Source of the DNA: Octopus sinensis
Taxonomy: Eukaryota
Direction of reading: 5' to 3'
DNA length: 64,000 nt
NCBI RefSeq assembly: GCF_006345805.1
Contig: NC_043000.1
Location: forward strand, 21,638,001 to 21,702,000
The translations under genes and the position numbers were made by a program. This document shows positions 13,832-25,939 of the stretch, piece by piece. The notes beneath the pieces were generated by a model, which did not search any database, was not told where the DNA came from, and saw nothing but the letters and a program-made list of their open reading frames with translations. Numbering within the stretch: position 1 is the stretch's first letter; each line of letters opens with the position of its first letter.

Positions 13832-13926
13832 AGATTATTTTGGGACAATTGTTTCGCTATTAATGAATTAAATGTAATTTTACTTACAAAAAAAATCCAT
13901 TTGTAGCTCGTCAGCCAAAACTATCT
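13832..13926 (-). ncRNA. Type I hammerhead ribozyme
   Basis: Same motif (TCGTCAG at 13908-13914; GAC at 13844-13846). Confidence 0.85.
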
Positions 13927-14153
13927 AGATGAAATCCACTCAATCACACGCCAGATTTGTACCATAACGATAAATACGCGTGTGGTTCAATTGATTACAT
14001 CCGACGTTATAATTCAAATGCCCCAACTAACAGCGCGCCAAACTTTCACGGAAAACAAATACAGCATTTAGAAATAAATGCAGCATATTATAATTAATTA
14101 ATAAGGGTGAGAGAATAGATACTAATTTAATAGTGATTGAGTGGATTTCATCT

Positions 14154-14244
14154 AGAGTTTTGGCTGACGAGCTACAATGGATTTTTTTTGTAAGTAAAAT
14201 TACATTTAATTCATTAATAGCGAAACAATGTCCCAAAATAATCT
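14154..14244 (+). ncRNA. Type I hammerhead ribozyme (1-nt shorter stem III)
   Basis: UUUUGG-CUGACGA-GCUA...UAGC-GAAACAAUGUC-CCAAAA; predicted cleavage after C14232. Confidence 0.75.
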
Positions 14245-14682
14245 GTATTTTTGTTATTTTTATTGCCCTGTCCGTGTGAGCTAACAATCGTACTGACTTT
14301 CATGGGAAGCATGTATTTTCGTGGTTGAAACCTTTTGGATTAACTGGTGCTAGAGTGAGCCATATAGTGACCACTCTCTTATATTTATTTTGTAAAAATA
14401 TTATAATATGTTATAAAATATTATAATAATCCAGGTTTCTCGGAGCACTAGCCACTTGGTGTTGAATAGATATACTATTAAATTAGTATCTAATTCTCTC
14501 ACCCTTATTAATTAATTATAATTATGCTGCATTTATTTCTAAATGCTGTATTTGTTTTCCGTGAAAGTTTGGCGCGCTGTTAGTTGGGGCATTTGAATTA
14601 TAACGTCGGATGTAATCAATTGAACCACACGCGTATTTATCGTTATGGTAAAATCTGGCGTGTGATTGAGTGGATTTCATCT

Positions 14683-14777
14683 AGATAGTTTTGGCTGACG
14701 AGCTACAAATGGATTTTTTTTGTAAGTAAAATTACATTTAATTCATTAATAGCGAAACAATTGTCCCAAAATAATCT
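14683..14777 (+). ncRNA. Type I hammerhead ribozyme
   Basis: Stem I UUUUGG/CCAAAA (extended by AGAU/AUCU). Core CUGACGA at 14695-14701. Stem II GCUA/UAGC. GAAA at 14754-14757. Palindromic stem III ACAAUUGU. GUC cleavage triplet, cut after C14765. Confidence 0.88.
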
Positions 14778-15080
14778 GTATTTTTGTTATTTTTTATTTG
14801 CCCTGTCCGTGTGAGCTAACAATCGTACTGACTTTCATGGGAAGCATGTATTTTCGTGGTTGAAACCTTTTGGATTAACTGGTGCTAGATGAGCCATATA
14901 GTGACCACTCTCTTATATTTATTTTGTAAAAATATTATAATATGTTATAAAATATTATAATAATCCAGGTTTCTCGGAGCACTAGGCCACTTGGTGTTGA
15001 ATAGATATACTATTAATTAGTATCTAATTCTCTCACCCATATTAATTAATTATATATATATATAATATATATATATGATA

Positions 15081-15113
<33 letters not shown>

Positions 15114-15933
15114 ATGTGTGTGTGTGTATGTTTTTGTCTGTGTTTGTCCCCCCAACATCGCTTGACAACCGATGCTGGTGTGTTTACGTCCCTGTAACTT
15201 AGCAGTTCGGCAAAATAGACCGATAGAATAAGTACTAGGCATACAAAGAATAAGTCTTGGGGTCGATTTTCTCGATTTGCCCCAGCATGGCCACAGTCAA
15301 ACGACTGAAACAAGTAAAAGAGAAAGGGAGAGTGGGGCTTGGTACAGTCTTTTGGCTTGCCATCTCCTGCCAAATGCTCCAACTCATGCCACCATCATCA
15401 TGGTGATGATAACGGCCAGCGGGCATCACAATAGTTTCTGAACTAATCCATCTATCTATACCTATAAATATACATTCCTCTATATTTATTTATCTATTCG
15501 ATTGATTCTCCTCCAATAAGTTTACATTTCACAGGATACCAGAATAAGATTCAGACTACCTAGAGAGTTGTCTCCCATGATTGACCATAAAATGAAACTT
15601 GTACACACCGCGATGATACTTCCTGCCTTCTGGTAACAATTCGTTTTGCTGAATTGTTGGTGGATGAAAAAATGTATTCAGTTTCTAAAAAAATTACATT
15701 TGTTTCCCTTTAATGTGTTTATGTAGTTGGTATTATAGTTTCAGAGGAAACAATTAATTAATTACTTCTAAATAACTTAATTTTCTCTCTCTCTAATGTT
15801 TTTTTGTTAATTGTTTCCTATGTTGTCCTTTAAATAGCAAACATATTCTATCAGCTTTCCTAATTCACTCCAGATTTGCTTCAGTCTATTTTTATTAGCA
15901 TCCTCATTCATTCACCTGATACTTATCACCCTT

Positions 15934-16316
15934 GGTGGAGGCGCAATGACCCAGTGGTTAGGGCAGTGGACTCGCGGTCGTAGGATCGCGGTTTTGATTC
16001 CCAGACCGGGCGTTGTGAGTGTTTATTGAGCGAAAACATCTAAAGCTCCACGAGGCTCCGGCAGGGCATGGTGGTGATCCTGCTGTACTCTTTCACCACA
16101 ACTTTCTCTCACTCTTACTTCCTGTTTCTGTTGTACCTGTATTTCAAAGGGCCGGCCTTGTCACTCTCTGTGTCACGCTGAATATCCCCGAGAACTACGT
16201 TAAGGGTACACGTGTCTGTGGAGTGCTCAGCCACTTACACGTTAATTTCACGAGCAGGCTGTTCCGTTGATCGGATCAACTGGAACCCTCGTCGTCGTAA
16301 CCGACAAAGTGCTTCC
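15934..16316 (+). mobile_element. tRNA-derived SINE (family A), full length with 13-bp TSD
   Basis: ACTTATCACCCTT is duplicated at 15921-15933 and 16317-16329; tRNA-like head. Confidence 0.92.
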
Positions 16317-17015
16317 ACTTATCACCCTTCATACTCCAGACATTAAGTGTGCCAACACTGAGGTTGTGGAAGGTATGGGCCAGCAAGACCCAAGGATGGG
16401 AGACAGGATTATGCGTCTGTAAAGAAAGCTTGCATGTGCATTTGGCAGACATTGTAAATATACAAACAGGCTTCAACCTGCATGCGCTTCACCGTTATTT
16501 TATTCACTTCACAATCACTACATCCACCAGGAGATAGACACTAGACAGAGATGGAGTGAAGTGGGGGAGAGCATTCTGTATAGGTAACCACTAGAGGAGC
16601 TAGGAGAAAGACATCTGGTAGACGTTAGAGGGGGAAGACTTTTGGTATAGGGGGTGGGTTGGAAGGGCACACTGCAAATGACAAAACACTATGGATGCCC
16701 TATTCCCTAGCTAAAGGCGATGTAACATTTCCACAAACAAGGTGAAAGCCCCTAATTAACAATCAACATGGGAAAGCAAGTGGGTAAGAAACTGAGAGAG
16801 GGGACATTTTCGAGAATTAGGGCTACAGTCAAGGAGACAATAGAACATTTGGATAAGATAGTGGGAACAAAACAAAACAAATGAAGAAGAGGAATTCTCA
16901 AGATTTAGAGCAACAGTAAACAGAATTGACAGTTGGGTTTGTTAACTTTGCTATAACTTACAGCATGGAATACATGAAACTTTGTGACTAAATAGATAAC
17001 TAAATGAATAATAAT

Positions 17016-17226
17016 TATTCTGTTGCGTCTGGGGAGAGTCATTTTCTTTTTGTACCTTATAATGTAACACACTCACAAGTAAAATTTCCACTTATTTCCT
17101 ATTTTTATTTTCCAAAAATTTCCGTTGCGTCTTGCAAAAATAGGAAATAAGTGGAAATTTTACCGGTGAGTGTGTTACATTATAAGGTACAAAAAGAAAA
17201 TGACTCTCCTCAGATACAACAGAATA
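17016..17226. repeat. Foldback inverted repeat (~90-bp arms, ~29-bp spacer)
   Basis: 17016-17106 is the reverse complement of 17136-17226. Confidence 0.85.
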
Positions 17227-17775
17227 TGCTTCAACACACGAACTCACATAAAGAATCTTGCAAGCCTAATCCAAAAACAAAAAATAATTATAATGAGTGT
17301 TATAAAGTGAAACAATTGAACATTTGCATTTAACTTTACTATAACATACAGCATGGAATAAATGAAACTTTGGGGCTAAATAGATAAATAAATGAACAAT
17401 AATAATTATTACCATACCTTGAAACAGGTGAGGGTTGGTAAGAGGAAGGGAACCCAGCCAAAGAAAATTTTCCCCATCAATTCAATTCAACCCATGTGCA
17501 CATGGAAAAGCAGTTATTAAAATGATTGTGTGTGTGTGTATAAATATGTATATATGTGTGTGTGTGTGTGATTATATATGTATATGTATCCCTATGATTT
17601 TGTTTTCTTGTGTGTGTGTGTGTGTGCATGTATAAAATCATTAAAGGCATTAATGGTTTTTGGATAACTGACAGAAAAAGAACATGTCCATTTCTTGTAT
17701 GTAAACTTTCACTGATGTGCTTCTGTTCAATTTTTTAAATATTATGTGTCCCTATGATTTTTTTTTTCTTTACAG

Positions 17776-17901
17776 GTCTGGAATATTCGAACAAATGCTC
17801 CTTGGTCAGTTCAAACATTAGTTGGCCATAGTGGGACTGTACGGTGTTTGCATTTAGAAGGCAACCGTCTTGTGAGTGGTTCTTCCGACAAAACAATAAA
17901 A
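17776..17901 (+). CDS. F-box/WD40 exon 6 (VWNIRTNAPWSVQTLVGHSGTVRCLHLEGNRLVSGSSDKTIK)
   Basis: CAG/GTAAGC boundaries; WD40 repeat 2. Confidence 0.95.
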
Positions 17902-18002
17902 GTAAGCCCTTAACTAATTTCAAAATAGAAACTTCTTTTTCCTTCCCACAACCTGATCTTTCATACATAATATATATATTTTCCCCTCACTCGTTTACAT
18001 AG

Positions 18003-18092
18003 GTTTGGGATTTATCAACCCAAGACAGATGGTCCAGTATAGCGTGTAAAGTGACGATGGTAGGCCATTTGGATACAGTAAGGTGTTTACAG
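18003..18092 (+). CDS. F-box/WD40 exon 7 (VWDLSTQDRWSSIACKVTMVGHLDTVRCLQ)
   Basis: TAG/GTAAGA boundaries; WD40 repeat 3. Confidence 0.95.
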
Positions 18093-19699
18093 GTAAGAAT
18101 ATTTTTAATTACAAATTGGTCAGATGTCAGCTGTGTTGTAGACCTTTCGATCAACTTATCTCTTTAATTCAAAGCAGGCTAGCTTTGTCACACATGATCA
18201 TTCTGATTCTGGGGATTTTGTTAAGAATACAGGTGTCTGTGAAATACTCGCCCATTTGCACTACATTGTAGTGTAAGTGGGTGAATATTCCATGGGCACT
18301 TGTACCCTTAACACAGTCCTCAGAATCAGCCTGATAGTGTGTGACAATGGTGCAGGCATGGCTGTGTGTTAAGAAGTTTGCTTCCCAACCACATGTTTCC
18401 AGGTTCAGTCCCACTCCGTGGTACCTTGGGCAAGTGTCTTCTACTAACTTTAGTCCAACCAAAGCTTTGTGAATGAATTTTACAAATGGAAAGAAGCCCA
18501 TCTTGTGTGTGTGTGTCTGACTTTGATTGTCCACCATCACCGCTTAACAACCGGTGTTGGGGTGTTTGCATTCTCATAACTTAGCAATTAGGCTAAAAAC
18601 AATAGTGTGTGTACAAGGCTTTAAAACAAAGCAAAAATAAGCACTGGAGTCAATTCATTCAGCTGAAATTCTTCATGGCGGTGCCCCAGCATGGCCACAG
18701 TATAATGACTGAAAAGATAATGGATTGCTAATTAATAACTAATATTTAATTGTTGCCGTCTGGCCCCACCCATATCAGCTTTAATCACCCCAGTTTTCCT
18801 GGACCACATTGACAGTGTCCTGTGATCAAATGGAATTCAGTCACCAATTGACATGCTCCAACCTCTAGTCCTCAAGTCTGCTGTCTCCTATCTCTGGCTT
18901 TTTTTATTGCTTCTCTAATCACCTCTCTTCCTCAAAACTAGCTGATCTTGTACCTCCACCATTCAAACACTCCAACCTAATTGTCTCTCCACCTCTTATC
19001 ACTCTTAGTACATCCAACCTGCACACACACACATATTAACCTCTATACTCTGGCCTTGCTTCCTAGAACTTCTGCTTTCAAGTTCACTGACCTCCAAGGG
19101 TCTACAAAAGCCATGAGTAATAATAACCTTTCCTTCAGATTCAACAAATAGAAAACAAAGATCTCTGATCAAAGGTGCTCTAGTCATGATTGTCCTCTCT
19201 TTTGTTTTATTCTGGTCCATGTACCATTGACTACAATATCCAATGTCCTCTCCTTTACGACAGGATGTAATTTAAAGGAAATTTGACTGCTGTTTCTAGC
19301 AGATCAAGTGACCGCATAGAAGTTGCCACTTCATTTCACATTCCTCCAATCCCCTAAGCTGAAAATAAGTACCATCAGTAGCTGGGAATTAACTCTGTGA
19401 AGGCTTGCAGGGTCTTCAGAGAGAAGTTTTATATTCTAAGTCACCTAAATTCCTTGAAAATCTAGATAAGCTCTGACCTCATGGATCTCAAGAGAGACTT
19501 TACACTGTAGAGACCCCTTATAACAAGAAATCTGGATAAGATTTGCCTCTAAGTTCGTGACAGACTTTATAGTATAGAGGCACCTTATAATATGAAAACT
19601 TACTTCAAGTGTTTATCCATACAGCAACATTTCTTCTTTCTCTCGAGCTTTAAGTTTTTAAAAAGTTTTTACCAAAGAAATAAAAAAAAAAATGATCAT

Positions 19700-20098
19700 A
19701 GGCGCAGGAGTGGCTGTGTGGTAAGTAGCTTGCTAACCAACCACATGGTTCCGGGTTCAGTCCCACTGCGTGGCATCTTGGGCAAGTGTCTTCTGCTATA
19801 GCCTCGGGCCGACCAATGCCTTGTGAGTGGATTTGGTAGACGGAAACTGAAAGAAGCCTGTCGTATATATGTATATATATATGTGTTTGTGTGTCTGTGT
19901 TTGTTCCCCTAGCATTGCTTGACAACCGATGCTGGTGTGTTTACGTCCCCGTCACTTAGCGGTTCGGCAAAAAGAGACCGATAGAATAAGTACTGGGCTT
20001 ACAAAAAGAATAAGTCCCGGGGTCGAGTTGCTCGACTAAAGGCAGTGCTCCAGCATGGCCGCAGTCAAATGACTGAAACAAGTAAAAGAATAAAAAAA
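19700..20098 (+). mobile_element. CORE-type tRNA SINE (family C), full length
   Basis: tRNA head, CORE-like CTTGGGCAAGTGTCTT, internal TA/TG microsatellite and tail CCAGCATGGCCGCAGTCAAATGACTGAAAC. Other copies at ~18350-18720, 36350-36705 and 39415-39635 (+), 22220-22530 (-), and more. Confidence 0.85.
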
Positions 20099-20132
20099 TG
20101 ACTACATATACAATATTTTTTTGTTTCTGTAG

Positions 20133-20221
20133 GCAGACGACGAGAAGTTAATAAGTGGCTCTTATGATAAAACACTGAAAGTATGGGATATTCGAACAGG
20201 AGAATGTAAAATGAAACTCAG
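20133..20221 (+). CDS. F-box/WD40 exon 8 ([30 protein letters not shown])
   Basis: TAG/GTAAGA boundaries; ends in phase 2. Confidence 0.95.
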
Positions 20222-20382
20222 GTAAGAATATTACAATTTTGGTTAAGCAGTTTATTTTGGTCAGCGAAAAATAGAATAATATTGATCATCTTTTACTCTC
20301 AACTATTCTTCATGGTAGTTGATATTGTGTAATATTTTACTGGCTCATTAGGAATTCATTAAATATAGGTCACATAATTTAA

Positions 20383-20603
20383 CTCTTTAGCATTTAAGCT
20401 GGACATATGTGGCCAAAAATATTCTATTTGATCTATATTCAAACTGACCTGATCTGACCTCTCACAACTACTTTACACTGTCATTGTAAAAATATACAGT
20501 CACATCATCAAAATCTCAAAGCTATGAGATAATGCATGATTAACTCAAAACAATTTGAGTGAGAAAGCATTGCTTTTGTCTGAATATTCTGAATGCTAAA
20601 GGG
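20383..20603. mobile_element. piggyBac-type MITE with TTAA target duplication
   Basis: TTAA|CTCTTTAGCATT ... AATGCTAAAGGG|TTAA. A second, interrupted copy lies at ~20795-21222. Confidence 0.8.
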
Positions 20604-21308
20604 TTAATGTATTTCATGACAAAAACATTAAATTAATGTGCAGTATATATATATATATTTTTCGTTTGTAAAAAATATAATCTAAAGTTGAAGCTTTGTA
20701 GGTTTGAATTCCATTTATTACCTTTCGTGGTTATAACTCCAAAATTACTTGAGAACAAACCTAGAAATAATTTCTTATACTATTAGATGCTTCGACCTTT
20801 ACCATTTAAACTGGCCATATCTGGCCAAAATATTCCATGTTTTACGTTCAAACTGACCAGATCCAGGCTCTCTCATGCCTACCTGGATTAAATAATCACA
20901 TCATGGTGAGATCCTTTTCTTAAGACATACCTAATTTTCAGCTTGGTTTATTTTTATAAAAATAAAACAATCATCATTTGTGCAAGTAGCCAAAGCACCA
21001 AAATTATTAGACAGCAGCTATCTATCTATCTATCATATATATTCACACACAGAGATATAGATTGTTTAACATCCACCTTTCCATGGCTCAGACGAAATAT
21101 GTTGAGGATGATATTCGACGGCTGGATGCCCTTGAAGATATGGGATGGTGTAGGATTAATTAAAAATAATTTGAATCAATAAGCATTACATTTGATGGAA
21201 TAATCTAAACACTAAAGGGTTAAGAATTTGAAATTTCAATTTTGATTTCATGGTATTACTGCATGCAGGTTGACATAAACTTCTATTAAACGTTTTATTT
21301 CTTTTTAG

Positions 21309-21387
21309 GGGCCATTCAGCTGCTGTTCTATGTGTACGCTTCAATGAGTCAAAAATTGTATCTGGCTCGGCAGACAAAACAATCAAG
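21309..21387 (+). CDS. F-box/WD40 exon 9 (GHSAAVLCVRFNESKIVSGSADKTIK)
   Basis: TAG/GTAATT boundaries; WD40 repeat 4. Confidence 0.95.
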
Positions 21388-23006
21388 GTAATTAATTCTT
21401 TTATTAACTTCATAGTTCATAATCAACCTAATTAACTCTGATTTAGCAAATATTAGATCGATATTGTTTATTGCAGGGATAGTATAAGATGCAAGCATGG
21501 TTGTGTTTTTAAGAAGTTTTCTTTGCAACCTTGTGATTTTGAATTCAGTCCCGCTCCTTGGCAACATGAGCAAAAGGTTTCTACTATCTGACCACAGAAA
21601 ATCTACCTCATTAAGTCTTTGTCCAACCCATGCAAGCATGGAAAAGTGGACGTTAAAATGATGAGCCTTTGCACAGTTTCTGTCTTCCTAATTCCAATCA
21701 TGTTCTGGATTCGATCCCACTGCATAACTGCATAGCACCTTGGCCAGGTGCCATCTGTCTGACTCCTGTGCATAAGATTTGATAGATGGTAACTATGTGG
21801 AAGCCCATTAACAGGATTATTTCTGTTCATGGCTGGTAGACTTAATCCCTCACTCAGGAATTTTGGGGAACACAATACATTTCCCAATGAGTTTGCAACA
21901 AAATACTTTGTTAAAGGCACCCAAGGATGCCTGAAAACAGTTATGGGAATTGCCCTTCCTTCTTTGACTAAGCTTTTATTATAAAAAATAAAACTATTTC
22001 GTTCAAGGCAATACCAAAGGTACTGTACGGTGAGATTGAACCAAAAACCATATAGCTGCAAAGGAACTTCTTAATCTACATGGCCATGCTTGCTCTCATT
22101 TACATAAAATTGTCATTGCTCAACACAAATGGACTATCATAGATTTGAGGAACTGTTACAGATAGTGGGGATGTTGCAGCATCAACCATATCTTTTACTT
22201 GATCCTGCCATCGGACCATTGGACTGCGGCCATGCTGGGGCACAGCCTTTGAGGGTTTAGTCATACAAATTAACCCCCATACTTATTTTTTATCTATCAG
22301 TCTCTTTTGCTGAAGTACTAAGTTATGGGGGGTGTAAACAAACCAACACCGGTTGAGAAGCAATGGTGGGAGAATGAACACAAAGACATACACATGTATA
22401 CAGATACACACGCATCGTTTCCACCCACCAAATTCATTCACAAAGATTTGGTTGGTGAAGGAGCCATGCAGTGGGACTGAACCTAAAATCGTGTGGCTGC
22501 AAAGCAAACTTCTTAACCACACAGCCACACTATTAGATGGAATACTTTTGAAATATTACTACCAGACCTTTCATCATCATCATCATCATCATCCAGTGTT
22601 TTAAATTCAGGTTTTGTCCCCATTAATGGGGATGGCCACATTTACATCAATGCCATAGCAACTAAGGTAGGCAGGTGCAGCCCACCCCAACCTTTGGGCT
22701 GGCTGGCTGACTGACTGGTACCCATTCACCTTCACTATCATAAGGCTTTTTTTGGAGCTGGATTTTCTATGGGGAGCATGCCCTTGCTTACCCCCAACCT
22801 CAATTTCTAGACATGAGTGGTCCCGAGACCAAGGCCTCTACCACAATTTTTAAGAAATGTAGTGGAAAACTAGCTCAGGAAGGCAGGGACGTTACTCCTT
22901 GAGACCACTTTCGGAGACCCACTACATATGTTGGTACAATGGGAGATTATGGCAACACACTCACATTTCTTTTTAATTAATTAATTAAGCTTTATTTATT
23001 AAACAG

Positions 23007-23200
23007 GTTTGGAATTTTGATGCTAACTGTATCATGACATTGGATGGTCATCAAAATGCTGTCACTTGTCTGCAGTTTGATTCGACTCGAATTGTTAGTG
23101 GGTCGCTTGATTGTAACCTCAAATTTTGGGACATTCACACTGGAGTGTGTGTTAACACTATTGACTGGAAAGCTGCTGAAGGACACACGGGTGTAGTCAG
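23007..23200 (+). CDS. F-box/WD40 exon 10 (VWNFDANCIMTLDGHQNAVTCLQFDSTRIVSGSLDCNLKFWD...EGHTGVVR)
   Basis: CAG/GTAAAG boundaries; WD40 repeats 5-6. Confidence 0.95.
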
Positions 23201-23269
23201 GTAAAGTATAATGCACTTCTGCTATTTTTAAACTGAGATCATTTCTTAAAACATACCTAATTTTCAGCC

Positions 23270-23816
23270 TGGGTGTACCTTTCCTTCATTGAGCACTAAA
23301 CTCTGCTTGTGAAGACCTGTTGAGGCAAGTAAAATCGAAATCAAATTTGATGACTGGCATCCATGCTAGTGGAGCGCTAAGAGCACCATCCAAGCGTGAT
23401 CATTGCCAGAGCGGCTAACTGGCTTTCATGCCAGTGGCACATAAAAAGCACCATTTGAGCGTGATTGTTACCAGCGTTGCCTTACTGGCACTTGTGCTGG
23501 TGGCACATGAAAAAACATTCGAGCGAGGCTGTTGCCAGTGTCACAGGACTGGCTCCTGTGCAGGTGGCACGTAAAAAACACCATTTGAGCATGGCTGTTG
23601 CCAGTACTGCCTGACTGGCCCTCATGCCGATGGCATGTAAAAAGCACCCACTACACTCTCGGACTGGTTAGCATTAGGAAGGGCATCCAGCTGTAGAAAC
23701 ACTTCCAGATCAGATTGGAGCCTGGTGCAGCCATTTGGTTTGCCAGTTCTCAGTCAAATCGTCCAACCCATGCTAGCATGGAAAGCAGACATTAAACGAT
23801 GATGATGATGATGATG
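23270..23816 (+). mobile_element. RTE 3'UTR-derived retroposed repeat with (GAT)n tail
   Basis: Matches the 3'UTR of the RTE at 44.5/54.3 kb (CTTGTGAAGACCTGTTGAGGCAAGT...AAGGGCATCCAGCTGTAGAAAC...AAACGATGATGATG). Similar copies at 31835-32310, 24766-25020 (-), 3385-3560 (-), 30400-30615 (-) and 48495-48815. Confidence 0.85.
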
Positions 23817-24589
23817 AAAACAATCATCATTTGTGCAAGTAGCCAAAGCACCAAAATTATTAGACAACAGCTATCTATTTATCTATCTATCTACCTATCC
23901 ACACACACTCACACAGATATAGATTGTTTAACATCCTCCTTTCCATGGCTCAGACAAAATATGTTGAGGATGATTCTCTACAGCTGGATGCCCTTCCTGT
24001 CACCAACACTTACCTGTTTCCAAACAAGGTCATACATGCACCTTGGTCAGACTTGACTTTCACTGAAGATTGGAAATGAATATCATCTTTGTATGATGGT
24101 GATGCTCAATGACAAACATACAATGTCAAGACAAGGGTATACACAAACATACACATACTCGCTTAAAAGCCACCCTATCAGGCAGATTTTAAGCTAGCTC
24201 CTATGAAGGGCTCTTCATTGGGCCCAACTATCACACATCATGCATGGGGTATGTATTAAATTTTATTAAACAATATTTTTCAAGCAATGAACAATTTTCA
24301 TTAAAACAATGATATAACTTGTCAACTTGGAACTTATTGCAGAGCTGCATGGTAAATATTGTTCGTCTTCCCATTCGTGGGGGTCAGTACAATTTTTTTT
24401 TTTTTTTTGCTAACCTCTTTCTTTCTTTCTTTCTCTCTCTCTCTCTCTCTCTCTCTTTTTCTTTCTCCCTCTCTCTGTCTGTCTTCACCACCGCCCTCAC
24501 TGTCTCAATGCCTATTATTATTCTCACTCCATCAGGGAGTCTAAGTGACACACAGAAATTAGTTTTCACATTTATCATATTAGATATAT

Positions 24590-25215
24590 ATTACCATAGG
24601 CTTGTAAGAAATGAAGCTAGTATGCTTCACTGGATGTGCAATGTCAGTGTGCATGTACAACAGTGTAAGCATCTTGAGAGAAAGGTTGGGCATTAATGGT
24701 ATCAGATGTGGTGCACAAGAGAGATGACTGCGTTGGTATGATCATGTGATGCATATGGACAAGGACATCATCATCATCGTTTAACATCCGTTTTCCATGC
24801 TAGCATGGGTTGGACGGTTCGACCGGGGTCTGGGAAGCCAGGAGGTTACACCAGGCTCCAGTCTGATCTGGCAGTGTTTCTACAGCTGGATGCCCTTCCT
24901 AACGCCAACCACTCCGTGAGTGTAGTGGGTGCTTTGTACGTGCCACCGACACAGACGCCAGTCAAGGCAGTGCTGGCATCAGCCACATTCAGATGGTGCT
25001 TTTTACATTCCACCGCACGGGACAACTGTTTAAAAAAAGTGCTGATTTCTGTGGAGGGAACCTGTTGGAATGGTAGACCCAGGAAGACATGGGTAAAGGT
25101 GGTGAAGCATAATCCTCAAACACTGGGCCTCATGGAAGCAATGGCTAGTGGTCAAGACCTTTGACGATATGCCGTGCTTGAGAAGACCCGTCAAACCAAG
25201 TGAAATCATAGTCGT
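24590..25215 (+). pseudogene. Degenerate RTE ORF2 C-terminal fragment with a nested repeat
   Basis: RLVRNEASMLHWMCNVSV and VEGTCWNGRPRKTWVKVVKH match the RTE ORF at 54963-56477. Confidence 0.8.
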
Positions 25216-25729
25216 GGCACATAAAAAGCGCCTTTCGAGTGACAGGCCTCATAGAGGCAATGTGGCCGATGCTGGTGTCATATAATTAGCACCTGTGCCA
25301 GTGACATGTAGAAAGCACCTATCGAGCATTAGGCCCCATGGAGGCAATGACAAACAACCAAGACCTTTGGCAATATGCCATGCTTCAGTAGAAGACCCAT
25401 CAAACCAAATGAAATTGAAGTCGTGGCAGATATTGGTGTCACATAACTGGCACATAAAAGCACCCTTGATGTTCTTGGAGTGGTTGGCATATTAGGAAGG
25501 GCTGTAGAAACCATGCCAAATCAGACTGGAGTCTGGTGCAGCCCCTCACTTTATCAGCCCTGATCAAACAGTCCAACCCATACCAGCTTAGACAACAAAC
25601 ATTAAAGGATGATATACATATATAAATGTGTGTGTGTGTGTGTGTGATCAATCATCATCATTTAGTGTGTGTGTCTATAGAAAAGAAAAGAAGTGGAGCA
25701 GTAATTAACAATGAGAAGTTGATCATTGG

Positions 25730-25768
<39 letters not shown>

Positions 25769-25939
25769 AGTACTAGGTTTACAAAGAATAAGTCCTGGGG
25801 TCGATTTGCTCGACTAAAGGCGGTGCTCCAGCATGGCCACAGTCACAGAACTGAAACAATTAAAGCGAGTATACACATACATACATATATAATGTACTGA
25901 TCCATGAAGAAAATTCAACAATCTGTTGAGAGAGAAATA

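Larger units (their letters stand above)
13151..15053. mobile_element. Non-autonomous Penelope-pLTR/retrozyme-like array: ~1.8 units (-) joined head-to-head to ~1.7 units (+), ~533-bp unit
   Basis: Direct repeat with period 533-534. Inversion junction at 14133-14134 (GT microhomology). (TA)n on both flanks. One hammerhead per unit. Confidence 0.85.
12968..15325 (+). mobile_element. CORE-type SINE (family C) split at its internal (TA)n by the hammerhead array
   Basis: 5' half 12968-13120 and 3' half ~15055-15325 match the intact copy at 19700-20098. Confidence 0.85.

Noticed and set aside
14027-14287. 86-aa ORF in the hammerhead array
   Set aside because: Crosses the inversion junction and depends on copy-specific indels; no RT or GIY-YIG motifs.
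15934-16012. Possible tRNA gene
   Set aside because: It is the head of a TSD-flanked SINE with a second copy at 41-426.
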